Assembly (NCBI GenBank): GCA_965218695.1
Contig: OZ244651.1
Location: 1,440,001-1,504,000 of the forward strand
Length of the DNA stretch: 64,000 nt
Direction of reading: 5' to 3'
DNA from: Nitrosopumilus sp.
Lineage (GTDB): Archaea; Thermoproteota; Nitrososphaeria; Nitrososphaerales; Nitrosopumilaceae
The notes beneath the pieces are model-generated. The model saw nothing but the letters and a program-made list of their open reading frames with translations. It did not search any database and had not been told where the DNA came from. The position numbers were made by a program, and so were the translations under genes. Positions 46,587-56,275 of the stretch are shown one piece after another (position 1 is the stretch's first letter; each line of letters starts with the position of its first letter).

Positions 46587-47243
46587 TTACCGGGACAGGC
46601 ATGAGGCAGACGGATCAGGCCTCCACTCCACTATTATCGTGCCTTGCATCCAAGGGCCGGGAACTCCCGCGTATTCGTACACGCCTGCCGTCTCGAACCT
46701 GTGCGAGAATTCGGCGCCTGGCAGGAGTGCGCTAAAATTAAAGGCAGCGGCCAACCCATCCTCGGTTTGCACCATGCCGGCGACACCGTGCGCCGTCTCG
46801 TCCATGTTTTTCCACACGACTGTATCGCCCACATCAATTGTAACCACGCGCGGCACAAAGTAACATTCGCTTGTCTCTTCGCATCCAATAACGTGGGACC
46901 CTAGTGAGATGGTGATGACGGTGACGGCGTTTGCCATATCGCCTGCCATCCCCACCACCAGACCCGTTGACGAGGGATCCGCCACTGTCTTGGGCGCCAT
47001 GGCAGGCGGCTTGGCTACCAGCGCAAACCCCCTCTCCAGCAGCGCCCCTGTCGATTCTGCAAAGACGCATGCGGGCATGCCGGATGGCGTCGTCATCAGC
47101 ACGCGTTCTCCGGCACACGTTACCTCGCTTATCGGGACGCCGTCTTGCGCCTGCCTGAGCGGCGTCAGGGCCTCTGTCGCGTACGCGGTGCCAGAAGCTG
47201 CAAGCACCATCAGCACCAACCCCAGCGTCGCGATTCCCAGCAT
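46587..47243 (-). CDS. Secreted plastocyanin/cupredoxin-fold protein with a degenerate Cu site
   Basis: Signal peptide; VGDTVVWKN....H; GVYEYAGVPGPWM. Confidence 0.82.
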   Translation of the reverse strand: MLGIATLGLVLMVLAASGTAYATEALTPLRQAQDGVPISEVTCAGERVLMTTPSGMPACVFAESTGALLERGFALVAKPPAMAPKTVADPSSTGLVVGMAGDMANAVTVITISLGSHVIGCEETSECYFVPRVVTIDVGDTVVWKNMDETAHGVAGMVQTEDGLAAAFNFSALLPGAEFSHRFETAGVYEYAGVPGPWMQGTIIVEWRPDPSASCLSR

Positions 47244-47339
47244 TCACGTGGAGTTAAGTCAGACGGTACTAAAGTGATCTGCGGCGTAATTTGTAAAATC
47301 GTGAGTAAAGGATATAGATGATGCCACAATACACCCACC

Positions 47340-47459
47340 ATGGAACGTTCAATGCCGGTGTGTTTTACCAAGAAACAGCACCAGATGATCGAAGAGTTTG
47401 CCAAAAGGAATGGAATGCTAAACACCAGCCAGGCTCTTGAGAAGCTCCTCGGCGCATAG
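47340..47459 (+). CDS. Small ribbon-helix-helix-like protein
   Basis: Hand translation: MERSMPVCFTKKQHQMIEEFAKRNGMLNTSQALEKLLGA. Confidence 0.55.
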   Translation: MERSMPVCFTKKQHQMIEEFAKRNGMLNTSQALEKLLGA

Positions 47460-48289
47460 AGCCCAGGCTTTACATCACTATTTTAGGGTGTGTCCTAGAG
47501 GCATATACCCCCGGATGACAAAAGATATGGATCGGCGGATCACGGCATCGCCTAATGACTACAAAGAAACGCGACCAACGACAGTACGATTTGGTTCAGC
47601 AGTACCTGTCGGGCCTCATGCTGAATACCGTGCTGGGAATAATCAAGAATCTTGGGGATCCGTACGCCGTCAGGCCCGGCCTGGGCGGCATGACGGCATA
47701 CCCGCCTGGCGCCATGGCAGCTGTCTGCATCATGCTTGAGGCACAGCGCACGACCTACCGTAAGATGGTCGGCATCCTCCGAAACAATAGCGCCATGGCA
47801 GCCAAGATGGGCCTAGAGAAAATTCCCTCCAAGAGCACGATAGCACGCGCCTACGGCCTGATCCCGGAATGGTACCTGGCAGAGGCACACCGGATTGCCA
47901 TCAGGGAGGTGGAGGCAGGCTCCCTGGCAGCAGACGGTACCGGATACTCGTACCTGCGGTTTGTCAGGTGGTTTGACGTCAGGACCGACAGTTTTCGTAC
48001 CAGAAAGGGATGGGTCAAACTGCACGCAATCGTGGACATACGCACCAGGGTGATAATCGACTGCATGGTGACTGACAGCGCAGTGGCAGACATAAACGGG
48101 CTGTACGCGATGCTCGGCAGGTTAGGCCGGGGCACCGGCGACTTTTGCCTGGATTCTGCATACCTGGCAAGGCTCATGTGCAACATGATATCTGCGATGG
48201 GAATGGTGCCCCGCATCAAGCCAAAATCCAACACCATACGCAACGCCAGGGGAAGCCAGTCGTGGCGCGAGATGGTAAGCCTGTACATG

Positions 48290-49461
48290 AGACATAATCC
48301 GTAATTAGAAATTGTACATATTTTCCTATACTGTGTAGGTTTTTTGACTCCTATCAGGTTGCTTCCCGGACTAGGAGAACCCTGAGGTTGGCAAATCCGC
48401 AGACGATGTCATTGACGGTGTCGTATTTTTTCAGGCGGTTTCGGTAGACACCGCTCATTATGCGAAACCGTTTGACCCTGCGGATGGCGTGCTCCACATA
48501 CACCCGTGCCTTTGAGTGCTTTTTGTTGAATTCCTTCTGCTCGGGGGACAATTCTGCGCCTTTTTGCTTCTTGTACGGCACTACTGCATCCCGGTCAGGA
48601 AATTCTTTGTTGATCCCCTGGTATCCGTTGTCCAGGATCTCTCTGACTTTGATCCTTTCCTTGTCCTTGCTCCCGTCCTTGCGTGGAAGGTTGTCAGGGA
48701 ATGTCGGGTGTTTCTTCTTGAATACTGCAAAGTCGTGGATCCTGCCCGGGGAATGCCGGGTCTTGTGAAGGATGAGGCCGTCCGTGGCCGACGTGTACTG
48801 GACCTTGGACGTGTGCCTGTGTGCCTTGCCCGAGTAGTGGGACCGTTCCATGTCCTTGCGTCCGGGACGCTGTATCTGCTGCTCGGAGGCATCAATCAGG
48901 GCAGTCAGGCCAGGAATGATCTCCTCAAGATCGTCAAGCGTCTTGGTGGCCTTGATGTTGGCGTAGATCTTTGACGGAAGCGGAACGCACTGCCGGATCG
49001 ACGGCTCCAGTGCCCCCATGCTGCGGGACACACTGGCCTGACCCACATGGAACGTCAGGGCAAGAAGATCCTGCGTAGCGTATGTCCTGTAATAAAACAG
49101 GACCAGAAGAAACCTGTTTTTCAGATCCAGTTTCCACCTGCGTCCGGCACCAATGCCGCGCACCCTGCTTCTTTTGGCGAGTCGCTTTTGCTCTGCCTTG
49201 GGGTATTTTTTTGCCAGCCGCCCTGCCACCAAATTAAATTCGGAGACTGTCAGTCCAGTGCACCGGATGAACAGTTTGGGCTTTTTTGCTAATTTGTCGT
49301 ATAATGACATGCTTTGACATTGGCAATCAGAATAAAACACGGCTGACGTATAGTTTTGATCATCGGGCAAGTTCGAATTGACATGCAATTCCATGCAGTC
49401 AGCCAGATTTGTCCTGCAATGCGTCCAATCTCGTGATTATGCCCAATTACGGATGATGTCT
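48290..49461 (-). mobile_element. Nested IS5-family element (ISL2/Harbinger-like)
   Basis: TIRs AGACATAATCCGTAATT and AATTACGGATGATGTCT; 3-bp TSD ATG. Confidence 0.92.
48354..49394 (-). CDS. ISL2-group transposase (HTH + DDE_Tnp_4-like)
   Basis: TGL...EF, IDASEQ, YSGK, HDF, DNGYQG, RVYVEHAIRRVK. Confidence 0.92.
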   Translation of the reverse strand: MELHVNSNLPDDQNYTSAVFYSDCQCQSMSLYDKLAKKPKLFIRCTGLTVSEFNLVAGRLAKKYPKAEQKRLAKRSRVRGIGAGRRWKLDLKNRFLLVLFYYRTYATQDLLALTFHVGQASVSRSMGALEPSIRQCVPLPSKIYANIKATKTLDDLEEIIPGLTALIDASEQQIQRPGRKDMERSHYSGKAHRHTSKVQYTSATDGLILHKTRHSPGRIHDFAVFKKKHPTFPDNLPRKDGSKDKERIKVREILDNGYQGINKEFPDRDAVVPYKKQKGAELSPEQKEFNKKHSKARVYVEHAIRRVKRFRIMSGVYRNRLKKYDTVNDIVCGFANLRVLLVREAT

Positions 49462-49918
49462 ATGGATGAACGGGACAGGTTTGACTCGGAATACCACCAG
49501 CGCAGCATCATCGAGGCAGTCTTTGCCGCCCTCAAGAAGATGTACGGGGGCAGCACCAGGTGCCGAAAACACGAGAACCGGACAAGGGAGACTGCGATCC
49601 GTGTCATGTGCTACAACATCGAGCTCGTGGCCAGATTGCAGGCAAAAGACGGCAGGCTCACACAGGATCAAATCGCGACACTTGCAGCATAGCTGGCGCG
49701 TTTCACCACGCGCTTCCTAGCGGAGCCTCCGCACCGTGTCTTGGATTTGGGGGATTTTATGGGTTGTGGAGGATCGATGGTGCGGCACTGTTGGCGTCGA
49801 CGGGTTCTGGCACCAATCGTGTCTTTGGCATTCTGGTACATGGGATGGCATTTTTTATTACTAGGACACACCCACTATTTTATTTACATTTATAGAATAT
49901 GCGTCACCAGGGTAACGT

Positions 49919-50329
49919 ATGGGACTGTTTGGCAGGGCGCCATCGTTTTGTACCGTATGCAACAAGCAGCTGACCCACAAGCACAAGCCAAAGAGGGAAT
50001 GGAATATCAAGGGACCGCTGTGCGGCGACTGTCATTTTGAAAAATCAAAGGAATACTACGAGGGAAAGATGAGGCAGCCCTGCGTCATGTGCAGCAAGAC
50101 AAGAAAGATTACAGACCTGTGGGAGCCCCGGTGGCAGTGGGACATGGAGGGCCTGCTGTGCAAGGAGTGTTTTGACAAAAAGGAGGAGACGTTCGGGGTA
50201 AAGAAGAACTTTTGTTCCCTGTGCAGTGCAAAGATGGGACTCATACGGTACAACCCCAAGGGCGAATGGAAGATTGAGGGCCAGCTCTGCAGGATGTGCT
50301 GGGACAAAAAGAAGGCAGAGATGGGGTAG
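49919..50329 (+). CDS. Cys-rich repeat protein (three CxxC...W...LCxxC units)
   Basis: Three internal repeats, each with four Cys. Confidence 0.85.
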   Translation: MGLFGRAPSFCTVCNKQLTHKHKPKREWNIKGPLCGDCHFEKSKEYYEGKMRQPCVMCSKTRKITDLWEPRWQWDMEGLLCKECFDKKEETFGVKKNFCSLCSAKMGLIRYNPKGEWKIEGQLCRMCWDKKKAEMG

Positions 50330-50524
50330 ATGGGACTCTTCAAAAGACTCGGGTGCGATGCCTGCGGGGCCAAGTTCTCAAAGGAGGAGGAGTTGATGAA
50401 TCACAAGCAGATAGTGCACGGAGATTCAGAGTACGACTGCAAGGAATGCAACGCGTTCTTCTCAAACATGGAGGACATGAGAACACACCTTCAGAGAAAC
50501 CACAGTTACAAGAGAGACAGATGA
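50330..50524 (+). CDS. Tandem C2H2 zinc-finger protein
   Basis: CDAC..F..L..H...H and CKEC..F..M..H...H. Confidence 0.88.
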   Translation: MGLFKRLGCDACGAKFSKEEELMNHKQIVHGDSEYDCKECNAFFSNMEDMRTHLQRNHSYKRDR

Positions 50525-50713
50525 TTACACGGCACTTACCGTCTTGACCACAGGAGGCCTTACCTTTACAAACACCCTGAATCCACAGATGCATTTGATC
50601 TCAGGCAGCCTGGACAGCTCCGTGTTTGAGACGCTGGTGCCGCAGCGAAGACACGAATAGTTTACATCAAATATCTCAATTGGATCCTCGGCCGTCGAAT
50701 TCTCTTCTGCCAT
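50525..50713 (-). CDS. rpoP: RNA polymerase subunit Rpo12 (P)
   Basis: YSCLRCG...IKCICGFRVFVKVRPP; downstream of rps10. Confidence 0.88.
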   Translation of the reverse strand: MAEENSTAEDPIEIFDVNYSCLRCGTSVSNTELSRLPEIKCICGFRVFVKVRPPVVKTVSAV

Positions 50714-50748
50714 ACGAATCATCAAAACATCCATAATTTAAGGATAGA

Positions 50749-51057
50749 TCATGTGAGGGACATCTCAATGTAGACATCGTCAGGAATCTTTAGCCTCATC
50801 AGCTGTCGGATTGCCTTGTCGTCTGCATTGATGTTGATGATTCTCCGATGTATTCTCATCTCCCATTTCTCGTAGGTCTCAGTGCCGTTCCCGCATGGTG
50901 ATTTTCGCGTAGCTACGTGGAGCCTCTTGACGGGGAGCGGTGTGGGTCCCTTTACCTTGACGCCGGTCTTCTTGCTGATTCCCATTATTTCGCCACACAC
51001 GCCATCAAGTTTGATCAGATTGGTCGATGTGAGTTTTACGCGGGCAGTCTGTGGCAT
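50749..51057 (-). CDS. rps10: 30S ribosomal protein S10
   Basis: GPTPLP, RKSPCG, WEMRIHRR. Confidence 0.96.
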   Translation of the reverse strand: MPQTARVKLTSTNLIKLDGVCGEIMGISKKTGVKVKGPTPLPVKRLHVATRKSPCGNGTETYEKWEMRIHRRIININADDKAIRQLMRLKIPDDVYIEMSLT

Positions 51058-51066
51058 AAGATCCAC

Positions 51067-52365
51067 CTATGGTTGGTACTCTTCAGTGATTTCCTTTACA
51101 ATTCCTGCAGCAATGGTTGCGCCCATATCCCTCAGGGCGAACCTGCCCATCTCAGGGAAGTCCTTGAATGTTTCAATGCAGGTAGGCCTCACCGGTCTGA
51201 TCTTGACGATGGCAGAGTCGCCTACCTTGAGGAACTTGGGGTTCTCTTCGTCTACTGCCCCTGTTGCAGGGTTGATCTTTTGGAGGAATTCAGTAACGGT
51301 CGCTGCCACCTGTGAAGTGTGCGCGTGCATCACCGGAGTGTAACCGGGTGCGATTGCCGTCGGATGGTGAATGACGATTATCTGCGCCTTGAATTCCTTT
51401 GCAACCTTTGGTGGTGCATCCGGAGTTCCAAGCACGTCGCCCCTCTTGATGTCCTTCTTTTCAATGCCTCGCAGATTAAAGCCGATGTTATCGCCTGCCT
51501 CTGCAGATGGCATCATCTGGTGGTGAGTCTCAATGGACTTGATCTCGCCTACTGAGCCGGACGGCATGACAATAATCTTGCCTCCAGTCTTCATGGTGCC
51601 GGTCTCGACCCTGCCGACGGGGACTGTGCCTACGCCGGTAATCGTATAAACGTCCTGGATTGGAACGCGCAAGGGCTTGCCGATGGGCTTTTCTGCCATT
51701 ATAAATCCATCAAATGCTTCAAGCAGAGTCTTGCCCTTGTACCAAGGCATGTTTTCAGATCTCTTAACCAGGTTGTCACCCTTCCATCCGGATACTGGGA
51801 TGAATGGTACGTTTTCCAGTTTGTAGCCTACGGAACGTACCAGCTTTTCGCCTTTCTCCTTGGCTGCCTTGTAGGATTCCTCAGAGTAGCTGCTGCTGTC
51901 CATCTTGTTGATTGCGACGATCAGCTGGTTTACTCCCAGCGTCTTGAGCAAGAATGCATGCTCCCTTGCCTGTCCGCCTGCAGCGATTGCAGTGTCTGTC
52001 TCACCCTCTTTTGCAGAGAGTACCAGAACTGCCGCGTCAGCCTCTGAGGCTCCGGTGATCATGTTCTTGATGAAATCCCGGTGTCCGGGTGCGTCAATCA
52101 AGGTGAAAAAGTACTTTGAGGACTCAAATTTCTGAAAAGCAAGATCGATGGTAATGCCTCTCTCTCGCTCATCTTTGATATTATCCATAACCCATGCATA
52201 CTTGAAGCTGTCACCCTTTCCGGTCTTTTCCGACTCGGCAGCATGTGATGCAATGGTTCTCTCGTCTACAACTCCGAGATCCATCAAGAAATGACCCATG
52301 GTTGTGGATTTTCCGTTATCAATATGACCTGTAATAATCAGGTTTAGGTGGGGTTTGTCTGCCAT
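51067..52365 (-). CDS. tuf: Elongation factor 1-alpha
   Basis: GHIDNGKST, ERERGITI, DAPGHRDF, NKMD. Confidence 0.98.
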   Translation of the reverse strand: MADKPHLNLIITGHIDNGKSTTMGHFLMDLGVVDERTIASHAAESEKTGKGDSFKYAWVMDNIKDERERGITIDLAFQKFESSKYFFTLIDAPGHRDFIKNMITGASEADAAVLVLSAKEGETDTAIAAGGQAREHAFLLKTLGVNQLIVAINKMDSSSYSEESYKAAKEKGEKLVRSVGYKLENVPFIPVSGWKGDNLVKRSENMPWYKGKTLLEAFDGFIMAEKPIGKPLRVPIQDVYTITGVGTVPVGRVETGTMKTGGKIIVMPSGSVGEIKSIETHHQMMPSAEAGDNIGFNLRGIEKKDIKRGDVLGTPDAPPKVAKEFKAQIIVIHHPTAIAPGYTPVMHAHTSQVAATVTEFLQKINPATGAVDEENPKFLKVGDSAIVKIRPVRPTCIETFKDFPEMGRFALRDMGATIAAGIVKEITEEYQP

Positions 52366-52417
52366 GTAATGAGCCACTTCGAGGGGATTTATTACTGTTA
52401 TGGATTGGGATTTGCAT

Positions 52418-53551
52418 TACGTTGTACAAAAAGTAGTTCCTCCCCTAGCCAATGGAGCCGGCGTGTTTGGAAGCAAGATCAGCCTGGTGTTGAGTGGAAG
52501 CAAGGGTGTGTGGGCAAGAACGATGTACTCCAATCGGTGGCGGCATATGGGAACCCGGAGAGTACGCATCATGAAAAAGCTGGACGAATCGAAGGTAAGG
52601 TGGATACTTTCGGAGAAGGACAAGGGATCCACCAATTCATGCATCTCCAAGGCCATGGGTGTGTCGCCGCGGTGGATAAGGAGGCTGTATTCCAGGTACA
52701 AGGGACAGGAACGCAGCAGCGTGGCATATCCGATGCACACGGGCAGGCCCGCATGCGGCCTTCCTGGCCGGAAGGAACACTCCGCGGTACTGTGCGCCAA
52801 GGGCAATGACCACGTCGGGGCCGTGCGCCTGCACGGGCGCATAAGGGACGTCACCGGAATAAATATTCCATACAACCGCATACACATGGTATTGCGTGAC
52901 GAGGATCTGGCTGCCAGACAGCCCAACAAGAGCAAGCGCCGCAAGTGGATCCGCTTTGAGCGCACCTACTCCAACTCGATGTGGCACACCGACTACAAGC
53001 TGCTTGACGACGGCAGGTGGTTCCTGTGTTACGAGGACGACGCCTCGCGGTTCGTGACTGCGTACGGCACGTTTGAGCGCGCAACGGCAGAAAACGCCCT
53101 GTCGGTATTGGACGAGGCGATAAGAAACCACGGCAAGCCTGCATCCATAATGACTGACCGCGGATCCCAGTTCTACGCCACCGCATCAGAGGCAAAGAAA
53201 AAGGGTGCATCCGAGTTCGAAAAGAGGCTGGCAGAGCTTGGCATCAAGCAGATTCTGGCAGGCGTGAGGCACCCGCAGACCAACGGCAAGCTGGAGAGGC
53301 TGCACGGGGAGATCCAGCGGAAGCTGCCCGAATTTGAGGCGATAATGATGCGCAAGAGCGACCCGGTGGACCTCTTCATGCAGTGGTACAATTACGACAG
53401 GCCGCACATGTCACTTGGCCTAGACGGGGAGGAGACGCCAGCCCAGGCGTTTGTGCGCAAGATGCCACCCAAAGGAGAGATAGTAATAGACGAGCAGACA
53501 GGGGAGGAGTATCATGTGGAGTAAGGGAGGAACTACTTTTCGTATTCCACA
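52418..53551 (+). mobile_element. IS481-family element
   Basis: Subterminal IR AAAAGTAGTTCCTCCC / GGGAGGAACTACTTTT; 15-bp direct repeat GATTGGGATTTGCAT on both sides. Confidence 0.88.
52571..53524 (+). CDS. IS481-family transposase (integrase core)
   Basis: WHTD, TDRGSQF, PQTNGKLER, YNYDRPH. Confidence 0.92.
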   Translation: MKKLDESKVRWILSEKDKGSTNSCISKAMGVSPRWIRRLYSRYKGQERSSVAYPMHTGRPACGLPGRKEHSAVLCAKGNDHVGAVRLHGRIRDVTGINIPYNRIHMVLRDEDLAARQPNKSKRRKWIRFERTYSNSMWHTDYKLLDDGRWFLCYEDDASRFVTAYGTFERATAENALSVLDEAIRNHGKPASIMTDRGSQFYATASEAKKKGASEFEKRLAELGIKQILAGVRHPQTNGKLERLHGEIQRKLPEFEAIMMRKSDPVDLFMQWYNYDRPHMSLGLDGEETPAQAFVRKMPPKGEIVIDEQTGEEYHVE

Positions 53552-53816
53552 GATTGGGATTTGCATACCCTCATGCACATGCCTAGAAATTGATCGGAAT
53601 ATGAATCCATTTAGACCAGGGAATACTGCCGCGCATCGCAGTGGAATCATTCATCAAGGATCCAGACTGGAAGACACTCAAGCCGCCTCCATGTGAAGAC
53701 GAAATACCCGCAATAGCAATCACGGTCTAAATTATTTGGAGGGACCTGTAGGTATGCGGGGACCTGAGCATGTACAAGCATGCACGGCAAAAAAAATAAA
53801 GGGAGTGGTTGTGGGT

Positions 53817-54515
53817 CTATACCGGCGTGAGCGATACCGTTCTACCTAGTAGGTGGCCTGCACCGTCGGTTTCGTCGCTGGATACGAGATTAACTGTAAA
53901 CTCGCTGCCATCCTTTCTTAGCATGTATATCCTGGACTCGTAGCGGTGTCCTGCTCTCCAGTTCTCCATGTTTGCGTTCATGTGACCCTTGCTTCTGACT
54001 GCTGTGTGCTCGTACATGCTGATTCCGATAACCTCATCTCTGGCGTATCCGAGTCTGTCCAAGTACGACTGATTACAGTCTACTATAATACCAATGTAGT
54101 CTATAGAACTGCGCATGACGTTGTGATCTTCGTAGTTGTATCTGGCGCCAACATTGTATGCATCCTGAAGATTCTTGATGTCTGAAACTTCGTGCATGGT
54201 TGCGTCCCTTCCTACTACCTGGCCATTTTCACATCTGTTGTGTATGGTGAGTATTACGTCGACGGTCCTGCCATTCTTTGCCTCCAGTTGTATTCTTTTG
54301 GCAACGTTCGTTTTGTGGTCTCTCTCCCATGCGGCAAACGACGCTTTCAGTTCTTTGCGAGTCTTTGCCGGCGTGTGATCTAAAAGCGATGTGCCGATGA
54401 CCTCGTCCCTGGTGTATCCGAGTTTGTCCAGATATCTCTGGCCACAATCTACAATTACCCCATTCATGTCTACAGAGCGAAACATTTGTGGTATTTCTGC
54501 GTTTATCATTTTCAT
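53817..54515 (-). CDS. Stand-alone tandem PAS-domain protein
   Basis: Two repeats of D..G.IVDC.Q.YLD.LGY.RDEVIG.S...HT, each with a PAC-like K.G segment. Confidence 0.88.
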   Translation of the reverse strand: MKMINAEIPQMFRSVDMNGVIVDCGQRYLDKLGYTRDEVIGTSLLDHTPAKTRKELKASFAAWERDHKTNVAKRIQLEAKNGRTVDVILTIHNRCENGQVVGRDATMHEVSDIKNLQDAYNVGARYNYEDHNVMRSSIDYIGIIVDCNQSYLDRLGYARDEVIGISMYEHTAVRSKGHMNANMENWRAGHRYESRIYMLRKDGSEFTVNLVSSDETDGAGHLLGRTVSLTPV

Positions 54516-55048
54516 TATCTAGGGCATGGCGTGTAATTATTTAGCAATTGATAATAGTCTGCGGCATGCCTTTGAGTAACCCGCCCTGCTTGGCCGCCTG
54601 ACACCATACTGAGGTTTTGTCGGATTGCACACTTGCATAGACTCGCCATGCCCCTGTAGACGGTGTTTGAGGACTGTATGCATCAGGCCTGCCAGACATG
54701 GCAGGCGGCAATTACATAAAATCTGTCAAAAATCATGAATAATTTCAGAATATATCCGGAATTTTTTACAACGGCGGCCTGAACCGGCGCACTCTTGAAA
54801 AAATACGACATATTCAAAGCCGTGTAATTTTTCATGTTTTGTATGCGCATAACGATACCACACATCACAGGCACATCAGACCCGGCTAAACCAGTCACGT
54901 GGTGTCGCACCATACGGACAAATTCCATCTGCAGGTATGAGGCCATGCAGGTTTACGCCCGGCCACACGCATGCCCTGCACCACGCCAGTCTGCAGGCAA
55001 CGCCAGAATGAATGGTTTGTTAAAAGCACATAAATCAAAGGTGTAAAA

Positions 55049-56194
55049 ATGAAGAGCATGAAGATTACAGTCTCTGCCATCAAGGCAGACGTGGGCGGGA
55101 TCGGAGGCCACACCAGACCCAGCGACGGGCTGATAGATGCAGTAAGAAAGACCGTCAAGGGTTCGGGGAACCTGCTCATCGATCACTACATAGGATATTG
55201 TGGGGATGACGTGCACATCATAATGTCCCACACGCACGGGACAGACAGCCAGCAGATTCACAAGCTTGCATGGGATGCGTTCATGGCCGGAACCACGGTT
55301 GCAAAAGAAGAGGGGCTTTATGGTGCCGGACAGGATCTTCTCAGGGATTCATTTTCAGGAAACGTAAAGGGAATGGGTCCTGGCGTGGCAGAGATGGAGT
55401 TTGAGGAGAGGCAGAACGAGGCATTTACCGTCTTTGCAGCAGACAAGACAGAGCCCGGCGCATTCAACTATCCCATATACAGAATGTTCGTAGACGCGCT
55501 GAGCAACACTGGACTAATTGTAAACAAGAGCCTGGCAGGCGGAGTAAAGATGAGGATAATGGACGTGGAGAAGGGCAGGATTGCAGAACTGGAGCTTTGG
55601 CAGGACAAGCCAACCATAGAGGCCGCACTCATGTATCCCGGGAGATACGTCGTCGATTCTGTAACCACCAAGGACGGGGAACCCATCCTTGCAGCATCCA
55701 CTGACAGGCTGCACAACATTGCCGGAACTTACGTTGGAAAGGACGATCCCATCTGCATGGTCAGAACACAAAAGAGGTTCCCTGCCACCGAAGAGGTGGG
55801 AAGCGTCTTTAACAATCCCCACTATGTCGCAGGAAACACCCGGGGAAGCCACAACATGCCACTCATGCCTGTAAGGCTAAACTCTGCTGCAACGATCAAC
55901 TTTTGCATTCCAATAGTGGAGGCGCTGGTATTTAGCATGCATAATGGAAGGTTTACGGGTCCGTTTGATGGGTTCTCGACTCCGGACTGGGATCTTATCA
56001 GGGAGATTGCAACAAAGAAGGCAATGGCGATCAGAAGCCAGGGGTTCATTCACCCGGCCACTCTTGTTCCGTCGGAACTAGAGTATGCAGAGGGGTACAA
56101 GGCAAGAATGGACATCCTGGAAGAAAAGATGGTGCAGATGGATGCAGTCATATCATCTGACGGCAAGAAGGAAGGATACGAGGATCCGGACTAG
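55049..56194 (+). CDS. fbp: Fructose-1,6-bisphosphate aldolase/phosphatase
   Basis: IKADVGG, GLYGAGQDLL, DKTEPGAFN, YVGKDDP. Confidence 0.96.
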   Translation: MKSMKITVSAIKADVGGIGGHTRPSDGLIDAVRKTVKGSGNLLIDHYIGYCGDDVHIIMSHTHGTDSQQIHKLAWDAFMAGTTVAKEEGLYGAGQDLLRDSFSGNVKGMGPGVAEMEFEERQNEAFTVFAADKTEPGAFNYPIYRMFVDALSNTGLIVNKSLAGGVKMRIMDVEKGRIAELELWQDKPTIEAALMYPGRYVVDSVTTKDGEPILAASTDRLHNIAGTYVGKDDPICMVRTQKRFPATEEVGSVFNNPHYVAGNTRGSHNMPLMPVRLNSAATINFCIPIVEALVFSMHNGRFTGPFDGFSTPDWDLIREIATKKAMAIRSQGFIHPATLVPSELEYAEGYKARMDILEEKMVQMDAVISSDGKKEGYEDPD

Positions 56195-56275
56195 CATGCC
56201 TTTTGCGGCATTGCACACCGCGGCAAGTCCTCTGCCACACATGGAAGAAAAACAGATTAACGCATTCTCCAAAAA

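Larger units (their letters stand above)
47486..49873 (+). mobile_element. Second copy of the 21173..22385 IS5 element, interrupted by a nested IS
   Basis: Same TIRs and near-identical sequence; 9-bp TSD ACTATTTTA; transposase split into 47555-48289 and 49462-49692. Confidence 0.95.

Noticed and set aside
53817-54515. LOV photoreceptor
   Set aside because: Lacks the GxNCRFLQ motif.
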